The notes under the pieces: generated by a model
What the model was told of the DNA's origin: nothing
Databases searched by the model: none
What the model saw: only the letters and a program-made list of their open reading frames with translations
Assembly: GCA_030704615.1 (NCBI GenBank)
Contig: CM060731.1
Coordinates: forward strand, 45,570,001-45,634,000
From: Takakia lepidozioides
Taxonomy: Eukaryota > Plantae > Bryophyta
DNA length: 64,000 nucleotides
Direction: 5' to 3'
Shown: in pieces, positions 33,523-47,200 of the stretch
How positions within the stretch are numbered: position 1 is the first letter of the stretch
How the letters are laid out: every line of letters starts with the position of its first letter
Made by a program: the position numbers and the translations under genes

Positions 33523-35926
33523 TCTCACCAGTGAATGAGAGAGCAGAAGGTATATTTGGATCGGAGCACTTCGAAACCCGATGCAAGAAACGATTGCACC
33601 ACCAGAATCCCGTACATGGTAAAAGACGAGCTCTGCCATGTCCTGAGAGATCCACCGCTCGGCAAAGACCTGTTCGCGTGTATGCTGATGGCATTTATTA
33701 TCTTTTCCATTTTGGCCATACTCGCTCCCTTTCAGAAGCAAAGAAGCTGTGACCACCTGCTCTTTTATGCGATTCGCAATTTTTTCTGGGTTTGGGCCCT
33801 CCCTCTGGTAAATTTACATCCGTTCTTTCCTCCCATTTGATGTTCAAGTCCTGCGAAGCGTGTACGGTCAGTGGTCTGACCTGTGCCAAAGCATCGAAAT
33901 CGCAATTCTCCTTAATTGCATCATGAATCCCGATGTCGTCATTCCTGCTTTCTTCTCTGAAAAGGATTGTAAGTAGTGCTCTTGTCAATTTCATGCCACT
34001 GGCTCTGTGCCTAAGGAATCTTAAATTTTATGTGGCCCTCCCTGAGTCTCTGAAGTGACATTTCCTGGTCAAGGAGTCCTGTACGACTCTCTGTAGGCTT
34101 GAAATGATTCAGAATTTTGATAAAGTCTCAGTGAACTCTCAAGCAGTTTAATGTAAAGAAGTTTGGAGGCAACTGGCGAAGGAACTCATATGATGTATCA
34201 TTTGTTTTAGGGTTGTAATGGATTGATTGACAGCAGGATTGACACCGAATCATTTCCACATACAATGTCTACTGTGTTTACAGTTTACGGCACCTGAAGG
34301 ACATATATATCTTCCACACGCATGTAATTGGAAGAATGAGAATACTCAGCAGGCGAATTAATGCAATCTAGGGTTTCGAGGCTGGTCTAGGGTCCTTAAA
34401 GGATCTCAAATATGAACGCACATGAAGTTTGTTGTACTTTGTTGTACTGGTTGATTTAGTCTCGATGTGTGGCATGGATGGCATGAAGTGTATTTGGGTA
34501 CCAAATACAAAGGTGGATATCTGAGGGTCCAGGGAGTCACGCATGCTTGTGGACCATCAGGTTTGCTCGAAACTCTTTCCTTCATTCTTCGTCTTCTCCA
34601 AAGATTTTGAATTTTGAATTTCATCAAATTTGTGAACTGAATTCATTCCATGCTATGGTATTCCGTTGCTGGTAGAGTTTCGGATGAGTAAAATCAACAA
34701 GGGGATGCTGAGAACTGAAGCAAACTCTGACTCATCCTCCAAAATATTTGCAGCTCTCTCTCTCCCTCCCGAAACCCCTGCAATTTTCTACTGTGAGCTC
34801 AGAAAGGGCAGTTTAGAGTCTCTAAAGATTCAAGGAGCCAGCTAGGGTCCACAATGGTGGGTTTCGCACCATCTCACACCTGTTGTTCCACTTGGCCTGG
34901 ATGCTGCCCCGAACGGATAAACGAACAACAAAGTTCAGATTTCAAATCTGTAGGCCATCTCTACATGCTCTCCTCATGTGCCTGTCTCTGCCACATGAGA
35001 AGGATAGGATCGGCGGCTTCTGCTTCTAATGAAAAGATGGGCCCACTTCTCTCTCCCCTTCTTCTTTGGAGAGAGAAGTGGCCCATCTTAGTCTCATCTT
35101 GTGGACTAAGGAGAAGCTTAAGGCAGCTTTTGAAGGAATCCTCTCCTGCAACGGGCTACTGTAGCTTGCAAGACCAAATTTCCATTGTAGTGGGAAAGAG
35201 TTGGTGGTTGTGTTGTTTTTGAAATCTGCTGATGAGTTGCCCTGAGATGTCACCACATCCGATCCCACTTCCAGTCAATCCTTTCAATATGGTGTGGATC
35301 TAACCACCACACCATTCTCAAATGCCTCTAAGACTATTAGAAGCCACCTTCTTGTATACGGTGAGAATGTGGGTAGCCTAGTGCATAATGGTCAATTTCT
35401 ATGAAAGAACTCAGTGCAATCACATGGCTCCTTTCTGAGAGCTTTGGTGGTTGTTGTTTACTTAAGGATTTGATGTATTTTCTATTAGCTTTGACTATTG
35501 AGTGGTTTTGGAGAATGTCAGGTTTCAGGTAGGTTCAATGCTTATATAACCAGAAGCTGTGACAGATTTTCTCTGTGATAATGCATTTTTTAGGTATGCG
35601 CTAGTCCATGTGTGGGGAATTTCAGGCTGCCTCATTCTGAGAGCACTTTTCCATGTGACCCCCTCACCCCTTGAAGTTGACGTCACATATCCAAGCGCGG
35701 GTTAGACTTGCCTTGCAGCATGACCCTTTTACCCCCTCAACCCATCTTCGGGCTAGGGCTTTTGTAACCACGGTCAATGGCAGACTCTTCAGCTCTGTGG
35801 GTTGCAGGCAGTCTCTGTAACCTGCCATAGCAAGTCCTTCCATTTGTGACACCTTGCTACTACCTGTCTAACAACATCACCCTCCAAGTTTGAAGCGACA
35901 CACTCTCCGCATGGGTGTTTCTCCTT

Positions 35927-38900
35927 TCACCAGTAATCACCACAAGAACAAACCCCACCCTCAAAGTGGTGAAAGCGGTTGGAATCCCGCACAACAATTG
36001 CTCGCCCAACAATTTTTGAGATGAACTTGGTGGCTGTATGGCAGTCACCGCACACCCGCAGGTTCTTGATGATGCGGAGTGATATACCAGGTGGTGTGCT
36101 GATGAGCCCAAACGCAATGGCCAGCTTCTCACTGTGGTGGCGAAGAGAAATTCCTTTTTGCGTCTCCTCCATTTCATGCATGACAAAGCGAGTGTCAGGC
36201 ACGTACCCGGCCTCCATCATCTCTGTAGACAACCTCTTCAGCTTGCTATGGATTTCCTCAATTTGATGATGGACTGTGTCTTCAGTGACAAAAGTATGCA
36301 CCCGGTTGTCCACCTCAATGCAGCTGTGCCCTGGCTCCTTTCTGACAGCTCTGTCTTTCATCATTTTCCTAACCTTTGCAGTATCATCCCACCTGCCAGC
36401 TGCAGCATAGATGTTTGACAGTTGCACATATGTTGCAGCGTTCTGTGGGTCCCACTTGAGAAGCTGTTTTGCCGCCAGTTCTGCCACCTCCACATTGCCA
36501 TGAATTCTGCAGGCACCAAGCAAAGCCCCCCATGTCGAAGCAGCTGGTTTGATTGGCATTTTGTGAATGAAGTCCTCTGCCTCGTCCAATAGACCTGCCC
36601 GGCCAAGAAGGTCCACCATGCAGCTAAAATGCTCCACTGTAGGAGTAAGCCCATAATATCGACTCATCATATCAAAGTAATGACGGCCTTCATCCAATAA
36701 GCCCACATGGCTACATGCAGATAGAACAGATGTAAACGTGATAGCATTTGGCTTCAAGCCTTCCTGTTGCATTTGTTGAAATAGTTGTAAGGCCTCCATA
36801 CTGCAACCATGCTGAGAATAACCTGCAATCATAGCGCTCCATGAGACGACATTTGGTGCAGCTATTTTGTTGAAGACTTGACGTGCATCCTTCATGCTCC
36901 CGCATTTGGCATACATGGCAATAAGGGCAGTCTCTAGACCAATATTTGGTTCAATTCTGGCTTTGATGATCTCAGCGTGGACCTCTTTACCCTTTTTCAG
37001 AGCTGCCATGCTGGCACACGCATTGAGCATGCAAATGAATGTGACCCGGTTGGGCGCCACCTGTTCCTGTATCATTTGCTCATATTTCTCCAAAGCCTCC
37101 CTACCAAAGCCATGCTGAACACATCCTGCAATCATCGCATTCCATGAAACAACATTTGGTTTGGTCATTTTGTTGAACACTTTACGCGCATCCTTCAAGC
37201 TCCCGCATTTGGCATACATGTCAGCAAGGGCAGTCTCTAGAAATACATTTGGCTCAATTCCAACTTTCATGATATTAGCATGGACCTCTTTGCCCTTTTC
37301 CAGGGCTGCAAGGCTGGCACATGCATTGAGAACACACACGTATGTGACCTGGTTGGGTGTCACCCCTCCCTTCATCATTTGCTCATAGATCTCCAAAGCC
37401 TCACTACCACATCCATGCTGAGCATATCCTGCGATCATCGCATTCCATGAGACCAAGTTTTTTTGTGCCATATTGTTGAACACTTGACGTGCATCCTTAA
37501 TGTTCCCACATTTTCCATACATGTCAACAAGCGTAGTCTCCAGAACAATATCTGGTGCAATTCCAGCTTTTATGATGTCAACATGGACCTCTTTGCCCTT
37601 TTCCAGGTCTCCCAGGCTAGCACATGCCTTGAGAACGCAAATGAATGAGACCCTGTCAGGCATCACCCCTTCCTGTATCATTTGCTCATAGATCTTGAAA
37701 GCCTCTCTACCACACCCATGGTTGGCATATCCTGCCATCATCATAGTCCAGGTAAACACATCTCGTTCAGGCACGTTGTCAAACAGTAGACGTGCATCAA
37801 CCACACTCCCACACTTGGCATACATGTTGATGAGTGCATTGTGCAGAAAAATGTCTGGCCTGAATCCACTTTGGATAATGTGGGTGTGCACCTCCTTTCC
37901 TTCTGCTAAGCCTTTTATCTTGATGCATTCCTGCAAGAGGTAAATGTAAGCGCTGGAGTCTGCTGAAATGCCTCTGTGGTTTATAATGTCCAGTGCCTCT
38001 TTCATTCGTCCTGCCTTACACAGTGTCCTAACATGCCCACCAGCACTAGAAGAGGTCTTGTGGACTCCCTCTCTTAGTCCTCTTTCAGAAGCAGCAGTCA
38101 TGGTGGAGATGCCTGAAATAAGCAACTGTGCTCTTGCTTCCAGTTGACCTTTGACCCTCAAAGGTTTCTTGTAGGCATCAATCCACAGTGCTCTTGTGTG
38201 CTTGAAAATTGGTCCTTGGTAACTGATCTGCACCCACACTCCATCCCTGCCCCCTTTAGCTATCCTGCTCCCATGAAGCACATTCCAAAAGTGCATGCGT
38301 CCTTGCTCTCACGACACATAGCAGACACCCCACCCCTATCTAATTCCCATGCTGAATTGGTGGCAAAACAAACACCAAAATGTGAGAATCTGTCTGATTT
38401 CAACACGGCCAATTGGACCAGCCCAAAGTTTCCATAGCACTCATGCACTGCCCACGACAACAATTATAAAGATATTGGTGCATGTGGGGTACAGCATTGA
38501 GAAGAAAGGGAATGTGAAAGGGAGAGAGACCAATAGAGAAATAAGAGGCAATAGAAACTATGAGTAACCTAGGAGAGTTTATCTTGTTGTCTGCTTCTGC
38601 TGTAACATAGCAGGCACTCACCTTATTGCCTCGATTGTCCCACAATTGACTGTGGTTTGTGAAATAATAGTTCCAAAGCTTCTCCACGTCTGTAGTTTTC
38701 TGGATATTTGCCTGCAACCCATGTACCAGTAACATGTCAAGAACATCACAGGATTTATCAAATAGTGTGCATGGTTTTTCAGCCATCCCCCTGTGGACAA
38801 CGAAAAGGTGGGGAGAATGAGGGTTAACAGGTTTCATCCGATCCACCTGATAAAGAGTTTCAGTATGCTAAAGGAGAGGGAAGATACAAATCCTGTGACT

Positions 38901-39985
38901 GGAACTAGAACAAAGTCAACCAGAGATACAAGCCCAATGGAAAGAGCCTTCCTTGCCAACAAATATGCATGCTTCTTAATCATGAAAATAGTAAGGATAC
39001 TGCTGGAAGCAATTTTGCAGCTATCAGCTGCTCCATCACATAGAGGCGTTTCAAAAATCTATTCCTAGCTGCTTCAGCTACTCCAATTGACCACCTACCT
39101 GCACCTGTTTCTTGGCTCTACCAATCCACCATGCCTTTTTGGTACTCTTGTGCTTGAAATCTCGTCCTCTTTGGTGGATATCGACCCACACTCCCTCTAT
39201 GAATGCTTCAGCTATCCCCGCCTCCATAATGATGGTGCATGGACTTCCCCCTAGCTGCAAGAAGCTGACAAATGTCCATACCTTATTAGCACACACCCCA
39301 CTCCCACCACTACCTAGGAGACACTAGTTCATGTGCTACATCAACAGGGAAAGTAAGAATTTGAGTGCGAGATATAATGTACTCATAAGATACTGTGTGC
39401 CATAGCCTTGCGGCCATAGACCCTGAGTGAGATAGAGAGAAGAAATAGCAAGGACTATCCCCTCTGGTGACTATGGCTGCTAGCTGGGTTTCAACAGCTA
39501 TGGGTAAGCAGGCCATACTTGTCAACTGGCCCCACACAGGTGACAAAACAATTCAGTAGGAATCAGTGTTGGTAAAAAGGCTAGAATTGGCAAGATGTTA
39601 AAATGCACTACGGTCATATGACCACTCCTAAGTTAGCCCATGTAGCTGTTGTTGTACTACCCATTTCACCTTGAACTGAAGTGCAAAAGGGGAACAGAAT
39701 ACAGCCATTGACCGTTGAAGGTCACCTCAACATCTCAGTCCCAGGGATAAACCCCTTCTACAAAGCAAGATGTTCATCCCAGAACTGCTCCTAGCTACCT
39801 AGGATGCACGGATTCGACTGCACAAGCAATGAGAGACAGCGCACATTTTGTGAAAGAATTTGTGAAAGAGTGTTTACATTCACTTTATCGCCTCAAATTG
39901 TCCCACCATTACCTGGGGTTTGAAAAATATTCTTTCCACAGCTTTCCGGAGTCACCATCTTAGATTTGAAGATATTTGCCACTGT
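35927..39985 (-). CDS. PDF-motif/PLS-PPR-DYW protein; PPR-D (main exon 38227-35927; upstream PDF exons partly decayed, start unresolved)
   Basis: Main exon: ISYQGPIFKHTRALWIDAYKKP, 14 PLS motifs, PGHSC, HSEK, CGDC, DYW. Exon 38711-38622: EKLWNYYFTNHSQLWDNRGNK|gt. Decayed halves at ~39180-39080 (IHQRGRDFKHKSTKKAWWI) and ~39985-39885 (KLWKEYFSNPR*WWDN). Confidence 0.85.
39372..39425 (-). mobile_element. Short 3'-end remnant of the same LINE family
   Basis: tgtactcataagatactgtgtgccatagccttgcggccatagaccc resembles the LINE terminus; GA-rich flanks. Confidence 0.65.
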
Positions 39986-41235
39986 TGTCAACTTCTTTGC
40001 CAAATCAGACCAGGCCAACCATGGCCACTCATTTTTCTTCTCCTTCAGGTAGCGTCCTCTCCGCGGATCTTCGTTGCCCCGCAATTGGCTTGAGACTGTT
40101 CCACACAAAGTCCAATGCAACTCGTCTGGAAAATGCAGAGGAATGTGCAGAGTGTGCCTACACCACCTTGAAACTGTGAGCCCGTGTCCAGGCTTGCAAG
40201 CAGCGTAGCCTGGGAGAGGCTTGGGAGCTCATCCCGAGATGCCTCGCGAACATTTGAAGAAGGCAGAAATTTCCCCACAGATGCGCAGACTGTAGCTGCT
40301 GTCATGGCTGTCCCTCTCCAACTTTCTGCCAAACCCTTTTGCGCTGAAGAGGGTGGGTAGGTGCGTGGTATCAAGCTACCAGATCAAGTACACCTAGACA
40401 TCAGCCTACAAGAAGAGAGATCCCCGAAGAGAGATCTACGACAGAGCATCGTGACATCATAATGTGGCAGCAAATGTACATGACGCAGTGTCTCCAACCA
40501 GGGATCGTTTGTAAGCTTTGAACACAAGCTTTTCTAAGCTGAGGAGGTTTAGGGTTTAGACAGGTACCAACGATGAAGCCAGCCTTCAAACGCAACGCGC
40601 TCTTGACACATCCTACATTTTACAATTTAATGGAAATCCTTCCTGCATACTGACACCAGCTACAGCGAGCTACACAATCTCAGCGTCTCAGATAACAAAT
40701 TCCGTAAAGCTCAGAGGTGAGGTCGTCCGCAATTCTCAGTTTCGTGTGGACACGCCTTCGGATGTCAATGGGATCAATTGCCATGTAGAGTGAGCAGGAA
40801 GCTGCAAGTGTTAAATGCAATCTGGTGCTGCCCAAGTTATAAACTCCTCGCCTATCGACTTCACAGCCCCAATGTCTCTGGAATTGAATGTTCTACCGCC
40901 ATCTCAATTCAACAAAGTTGCACCTTCGGAAACTTTTAAAGATCTGGCACTCACGTGAGTACACTTGGCTGCATGCCTTCCTGATCGGATGCGTTGTCGT
41001 TCCTGAGAGGCTGATAATTTATCACAACCAATCAAAGCCATGGAAGATCCACAAAGTAATTCGAAAACATGATTCATGATCTTCTCAGAGAACTTCTGGA
41101 CTATCAAGAATAGAAAGATTTGTCCTCTCGAAAATTAAGGAACGCGGGAAGAGTCGAGAAAAACCGTGGGCGCATGAGTTACGTACCATCCCCCAGCGCC
41201 AGGCCTCCAGGAGACCGGAGCATCTGAAGGCAGGG

Positions 41236-44200
41236 ATGAGGCGCGTACTGTGGAGACGCTCTCTGCATTTCCTGCAGCACTCTCCTAGTCATCCCACCGA
41301 TGCGCCTCTGCACACTGCAGCCTTTCCGGTGAGTGAGATTTTTTCCTGACGATCTTGTCGTCACCTCATGAATTGTGTGCAGAACCTTCACGGAAATATC
41401 AGATGTTTGCATTCGGAATTCAGTTCTGCTTGTTATTTCTTACCTGTTTTGGTTTACCTGGTGATAGTTGGACTGCTTGCACAATTAGATCATTTGGGTT
41501 CTAGCACAATCCATAAACATGCGAAATCACTCACAATGCTGGAAAGGGATTCAAAGCACTACAGGAGGCACGTCTTAAACAGTAATTAGAAGTTCCTATT
41601 TTCATGGATTAGCTTTCTGCAAGTTTGTATTTCGGCACAAGGTAAGACTGCCCTGTAGACAGGACTCACGATGCGCAGCAAAGAATCTTCATCTCCCACA
41701 GTTCCCCTTGTCCCGCTCCTCTCTTATACATCGCGTATCACCAAAATAATTTGGGCTATTGTCGTATTTGTATCCTGAATAATTTGACAAGAGTGCTGAA
41801 GTTCAGGATACAGAGATATATCACCCTCTGAAGTCGTTCTATAAGAGAATCTGGTGTTAATTCGTTGGGCATGAGTCAAGAGTGATGGGCGTTGAAGTGC
41901 TACTTGCTAGTGTACTGTGAACTTGGAATGGTTTGGAATATTCCTTGTTCTAGTATTGAGGGAATACCCAGCTCTTCTGCTATAACTTTCAGGTGTAAGA
42001 GACTGTATATTGGCCACTAATTTTAACAGGTTGAGTTGCAAGGAGGGCTGGCAGCATGGATGCATGTGAGGTGGGCATCGCAGTCTTCTTGCAACCATCT
42101 CAGGCCAGCTGCTGGTCTCAACTCAGTTCAGTCAAACTCAGGTCTGATTCAGGCTTTGGTTCAAGATGAAAGTAGGGTTTGGCCCCTACTGTGAAGAGGC
42201 CTCTTGTTTGCCGGACCTTCAAGACTTAATTGAGCCCAATAGCCCAAGGATAGGGACGATGGTTTTTCTGTATGGGTGTAGGGTTTTCCCTATCTCTTGA
42301 TGGTTCTAGAAGAACTTTGCTATAGTACTCAGCTTCCAGATACGTGTTGGATTTCGCAGCTTTATGGTTTTTTGTAGCAGCACCGGGTTGTAGGTGCTGT
42401 CATCGTGATTTTGGCATTGCTTAGATTTCTTGTGCTGAGAGGGTGAGTTCATCTACATATAATGTGGGGTGGTTGAAGTCTCTAGGTAATGAAACGAAGG
42501 TTTTCGCACATTGTAAGCCGCAAGTGGGAAGTCCTTTCCACAAGAGTCTTGGGACTGCAACATATTCAATTTGTCTCTAGGAAAGGGAAAGCTACTACTG
42601 GGGGTTAAGCTGGTGGATGAGCTGACTATGTGACCTCTGGGTTCCAGGAGGGTGCGGCCAAGCCCTCCATGGACTTGGATGTGGAGAGGGATTGTCTTTG
42701 CAAAGAAACTTAAGTGGCAGCCGGAGTTTTCATGCAACAGGTATCTTGACAATTATTTGCTGGTCATTGGGAATCTAAAATGGGCACGTACTACTTGTTG
42801 ACTTTGAGCCTAATCATTCTGATAGGCTGCACTTGAGGTATGGAGTGCACTTGATTCAGCCTAACTATTCCAAGTTAATACTCCAGAGTAATGGAAGCGG
42901 GGACCACTTCATCTGCACTTAATTCTTGTTTACACAGGTTTTCGGCAGGCTGAAAAGGACTTATATGATACTTTGGGTGTCAGCAAGGGTGCCAGTCAAA
43001 AAGACGTAAAATCGGCTTATTATAAGGTACACCATGTGTGCATGCTCGCTTGTTTGCTCAACAGTTGTACTGTAAATGTGAAATCTGAAGCAAATGTGTG
43101 GGTCTGTCTCTTCTACACGCGCAGTTGTATCGTTGCATGTCCCAGACAGTGCTAACTGCTGGGCAGCTGGCTTGTTTACTCTGGGCAGCTGGCTAAGGAA
43201 CACCATCCTGATCTGAATAAGGGCAATCCAGAGTCCGAGAAAAAGTTTCAGGCAGTCCAGGAGGCCTATGAGGTGAGCATCAGTGCAGGTGATCTAATGC
43301 TTTAGGACGATCGTAGATAAACTCCTTTGCTGCTGCAACTTGCAAATGTACTTTCAAATTTGCTAACTCAACTTCATTTATACCAACAGTTAGTCTTTCT
43401 GTTTTTGGCCCCTCCTTGTCTTGCTGACACTTCCATCTTTTTCCTTGGCATTTTTCTGTGTGCTGTTTGACTCAGTTACACAAACAAAGACCTGGAAGAA
43501 AAACTGTCGGGTAATGGATTACCTACCTACTATTTGTTTGAAGGGAAACACAAGAAGTTTACTGACTTCTGGTGAAGAAGCCTTGGCCAATTTTGCGGTA
43601 TCTGAAGTAAGGAGAAACGTGGCTATATGCAGGTGCTGAAAGATGATGAGAAGCGAGCCATGTATGATCAGGTGGGCTGTTTCTCATATGAACAGCTGTC
43701 TATTGTTACTTACCACTTGTGTCTGGACTTACGTCCTTAGCATACACATTCACTTTGTCCATTATGGGGCTGATTACTTATTGCAGATTTTCACAGACGT
43801 TGTACTTAATTGCTTGTCAATTTTGTCTTGGCTGAGCTTTTTTGTGCATGGTCTAGTGGGGATTCGACGTACAATCTTAGTGTAACATATGGCTGCTCTC
43901 ATCTCTTAGCATTAATCAACATCTTCTGGTTTGTTTCTCACTGTGGCCAACTTAGTCTCATTTCTGCTGGCACGGGCTGGCAGGTTGGACATGCGGGATA
44001 TCAGCAAGCAGCTTCAGGGGGTGGCCCTGGTGGTGGTGCTGGCCCTGGCCCCAGCCCCGGCCCTGGGTTTGAAGGTTTTTCGGAGACGATATATGGCAAT
44101 GGCTTTTCTGGTGGCGTAGATGAGGTATGTTCAGTCCAATAGTTTTGGCTGTGTGGTTTGGACCTCACAGAACTTGTCAACTTGTGTTTCCCATGAAAAG

Positions 44201-47200
44201 GGAGTCAGGTTCAATGTCTTTAGAGTTAGTTTTTGTCGAGGATCCTTCCATTGTGATTGGTTTGCAGTACTTTTGAAGTCATTTCCAGGCCCATAGCTGA
44301 AGATTTTCTCATAGACAATCTGTTAGATAGTGTTTGATAGTAAGTCTATGATACAATATGTCAAGTTATTGGCTTGTATTTACTTGGTTGTTGACTCCTC
44401 TGGTGATGGTGGACAGATGTTCAAAAGGGTTTTTGGGGAACAAAGTGCAGGTCCACGCCATGTTCAGGTGTGATCAATTTGCTCCTATGCGAAGTTCATG
44501 TGGGTACTCCTTTGATGAATGTTCATGTGACCTTTGTCAGTCTTGAGGGTTCAGGGTGTCTTCGTATAACATCGGTTTTGGTATTCTGGGGTGACCAGGC
44601 CATCTTGGAGTTGACATTTAGGGAGGCTGTTCAAGGCACAAGCAAAGTGGTGTCATTCCCTGCTGCAAAGCGTTGTGAAACTTGCAGTATGTTACTCACA
44701 CAGATGGTTGTGTCATTCCTCCTTAGTTAGTTGCCTTTAATTATTCATTGCCACCTGCAAACATGACCTAGTGGCAATAAGGGTGTAGATAGTTTGGTAT
44801 CATCTAATGACCCAAAGTGACTGCAAGTTAGAGTGTCTGTCTAGATGACTTCGAGTGTCGTAATGTGCTTGCAGATGGGACCGGCATACCCCCTGGAATT
44901 ACACCACAAACATGTCCAACATGTGGAGGCAAGGGCAGGGTCTGTATTTGTGCTGACCTGCATTGTGCATTCCCTTCCAAAACAATATACTTTTTACTAG
45001 TGTTGAACCAATTTTGTTTATTGCCAAGCTGTGCAGAATTGTTGAGATTTGCATTGGTCCTGACTATCGAGTGACACCACAAGTTGCTCATAGGCATAGT
45101 GCAAGAGGTGTAGGCAGGATCTAACGTGGTTCTTGCCATATGCAGATAGGGAGGCAATCATTTTTCCAATTTGAGTCAGGCTGCCCTACATGTGGAGGGT
45201 CAGGCCATATTGTCAAGGTAGTTTGTTAGCCCAACCAGTCAGGGTCTCTCTATCCCTATAGGGTGTAAGTCAACAATGTAACATCTGGGTCAAGGTCAAT
45301 GTGCATTACGCTAGAATTGCAAGATAAGTGATTTCAGTTGGATGCTGGCTACTTTTGTGGTGATCTGTTGATGTGGTTGCTTTTTTTGTAAAAAAATCCT
45401 TGCTGCTTTTGGATGCATTGCCTTTCAGAAGAGCTTTCTTGCCAGGGTTCCAATCTATTACCCTCTGAGATTTAGAGGACTTTCTCGAGCTGACATTTTG
45501 ATCAGGATAGCTCATACCCAATATTGGGCATGGACTGCTTTGGGAGTTGTAGTAGTTCTAACATCAGATTGTCTTAAACCTTTTGTGCCCCATGTTGGCA
45601 TTCTTTATCCAAGGGTATTGTGCATGTTGAAGTTGGGAGGATTGTTATGATTCATTGCAGAATACGGGCGGCTAGGTTTCTGAGTCTACTATGGAACCTT
45701 TGATCACTAGGGACTTACCTATGGTAATCAAGGACCAAGGCAGTGTAGCACTTGAGGAATGCTTAAATAAGAATTTATGATTATTCACATTTTCTTCATG
45801 CTGGTGTGTGTAGGAGCATTGCCGTGCTTGTGGGGGCACAGGGACAGTCCCGAGCACAAGAGAAGTTAGAATTAACATCCCTGCTGGTGAGTGTCCATTG
45901 CGCTCTGTCCAACACTTGTCATGTTAACATCTGTTGTTGGTGGCTCACAGTTAACAGAAACAAACCAGGAAATCCCCTACAACAAAACAATAGTCGAAGA
46001 GTACTTGGAGTGATCTTTTTTTATGTGCGAGTTTCCTGTTATGCATTGTTGACTAGGGTTGTGCAAGCAGGGGTTGAAACTGGCACAACATTGAACGTAA
46101 GTGGGGAAGGTGGAGAAGGATCTAGAGGCATTCGGCCTGGAAATTTGTTACTTCAAATAAAGGTTAGTTTTCCCCTGTTCTATATATTGCAGGCCTCCAT
46201 CTCCTGCCTTCATGCTATCCTATGCCACAACTTAGTCAAATGAATGGTCCATCTTCATCTTTATGGCTCCACATGTCTCAAGCTGCAGATAGCATGTGAC
46301 ATATTTCACAATCCTCCAAATACATCTGATTGAATCTTCAGCCCTTCAAAGCTTGTGTGATTTTGGGGCCGCTCTCGACCAAGTTTGGGTTTGTGAATTG
46401 GTAGCATGAAGTAGAAGTCTGGCTGATTACATTGCCTCCAAAAATTTGTAGCCTTCAGCTGTTAAAAATTTGTAGCTGGTGTAAGTTATAGGGACCCTTG
46501 TCATCAAACAATTTCTATAATGGGCCTCGTTGTGCAGGTAAAAGGTGACTCGGTATTTAAAAGGGAGGGAGCTGACATTCATGTTGATGCCAATATCAGT
46601 GTCTCGCAGGCAATTTCCAGTCCTTGGCCTCTGCACATGGCATCGTCTGGCAGAAGATTATATCTCTGTCTGTTTATTCACAGACTAGCGTCTGGATATG
46701 TTTGGGTTTTACAAGTAAGTCTCAGTATATCCAAATTGAAGCTTGCTCTAGTCGTAATTGGTGGAGAGGTGCCCCTTTCGTGGGATTGTGCAGGCCATCC
46801 TGGGTGGGCAAGTGCAAGTACCCACTTTGACAGGCGATGTTGCGCTCAAGGTTAGGGTCTCCTCATCTTTGTGGTCATGTGACAGCAGAGTGCAGTGACT
46901 CCTTTCCACCCAGCCCACCCCCCCATTTACCTATCCCTCCCCCACTCTCTCTCTCTCTGTCTAGTGATCTTAAGTGGCAGTGGGGTAGTCAAGAGATCCC
47001 GGTCCTCCCTTCCTACACTTACCTGGGCGTTGAGTTCTCCTCCAATTGTAATTGGGATGCACATATCCGGAAAGTTGTTCAAACTGGCAAGGGCAAAGCT
47101 CTGGGGCTCACTAAATTTTTCCACTGCAGAGGGGTCAACTCTGAGGTTAAGAAAACCATGTTTTGTCGCGTTATTAGACCTGCCTTGGAGTACGGATCTG

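Noticed and set aside
28947-36350. U-to-C (DYW:KP) editing factors
   Set aside because: The domains keep PG, HSEK and DYW/EYW and lack the KP-type signature.
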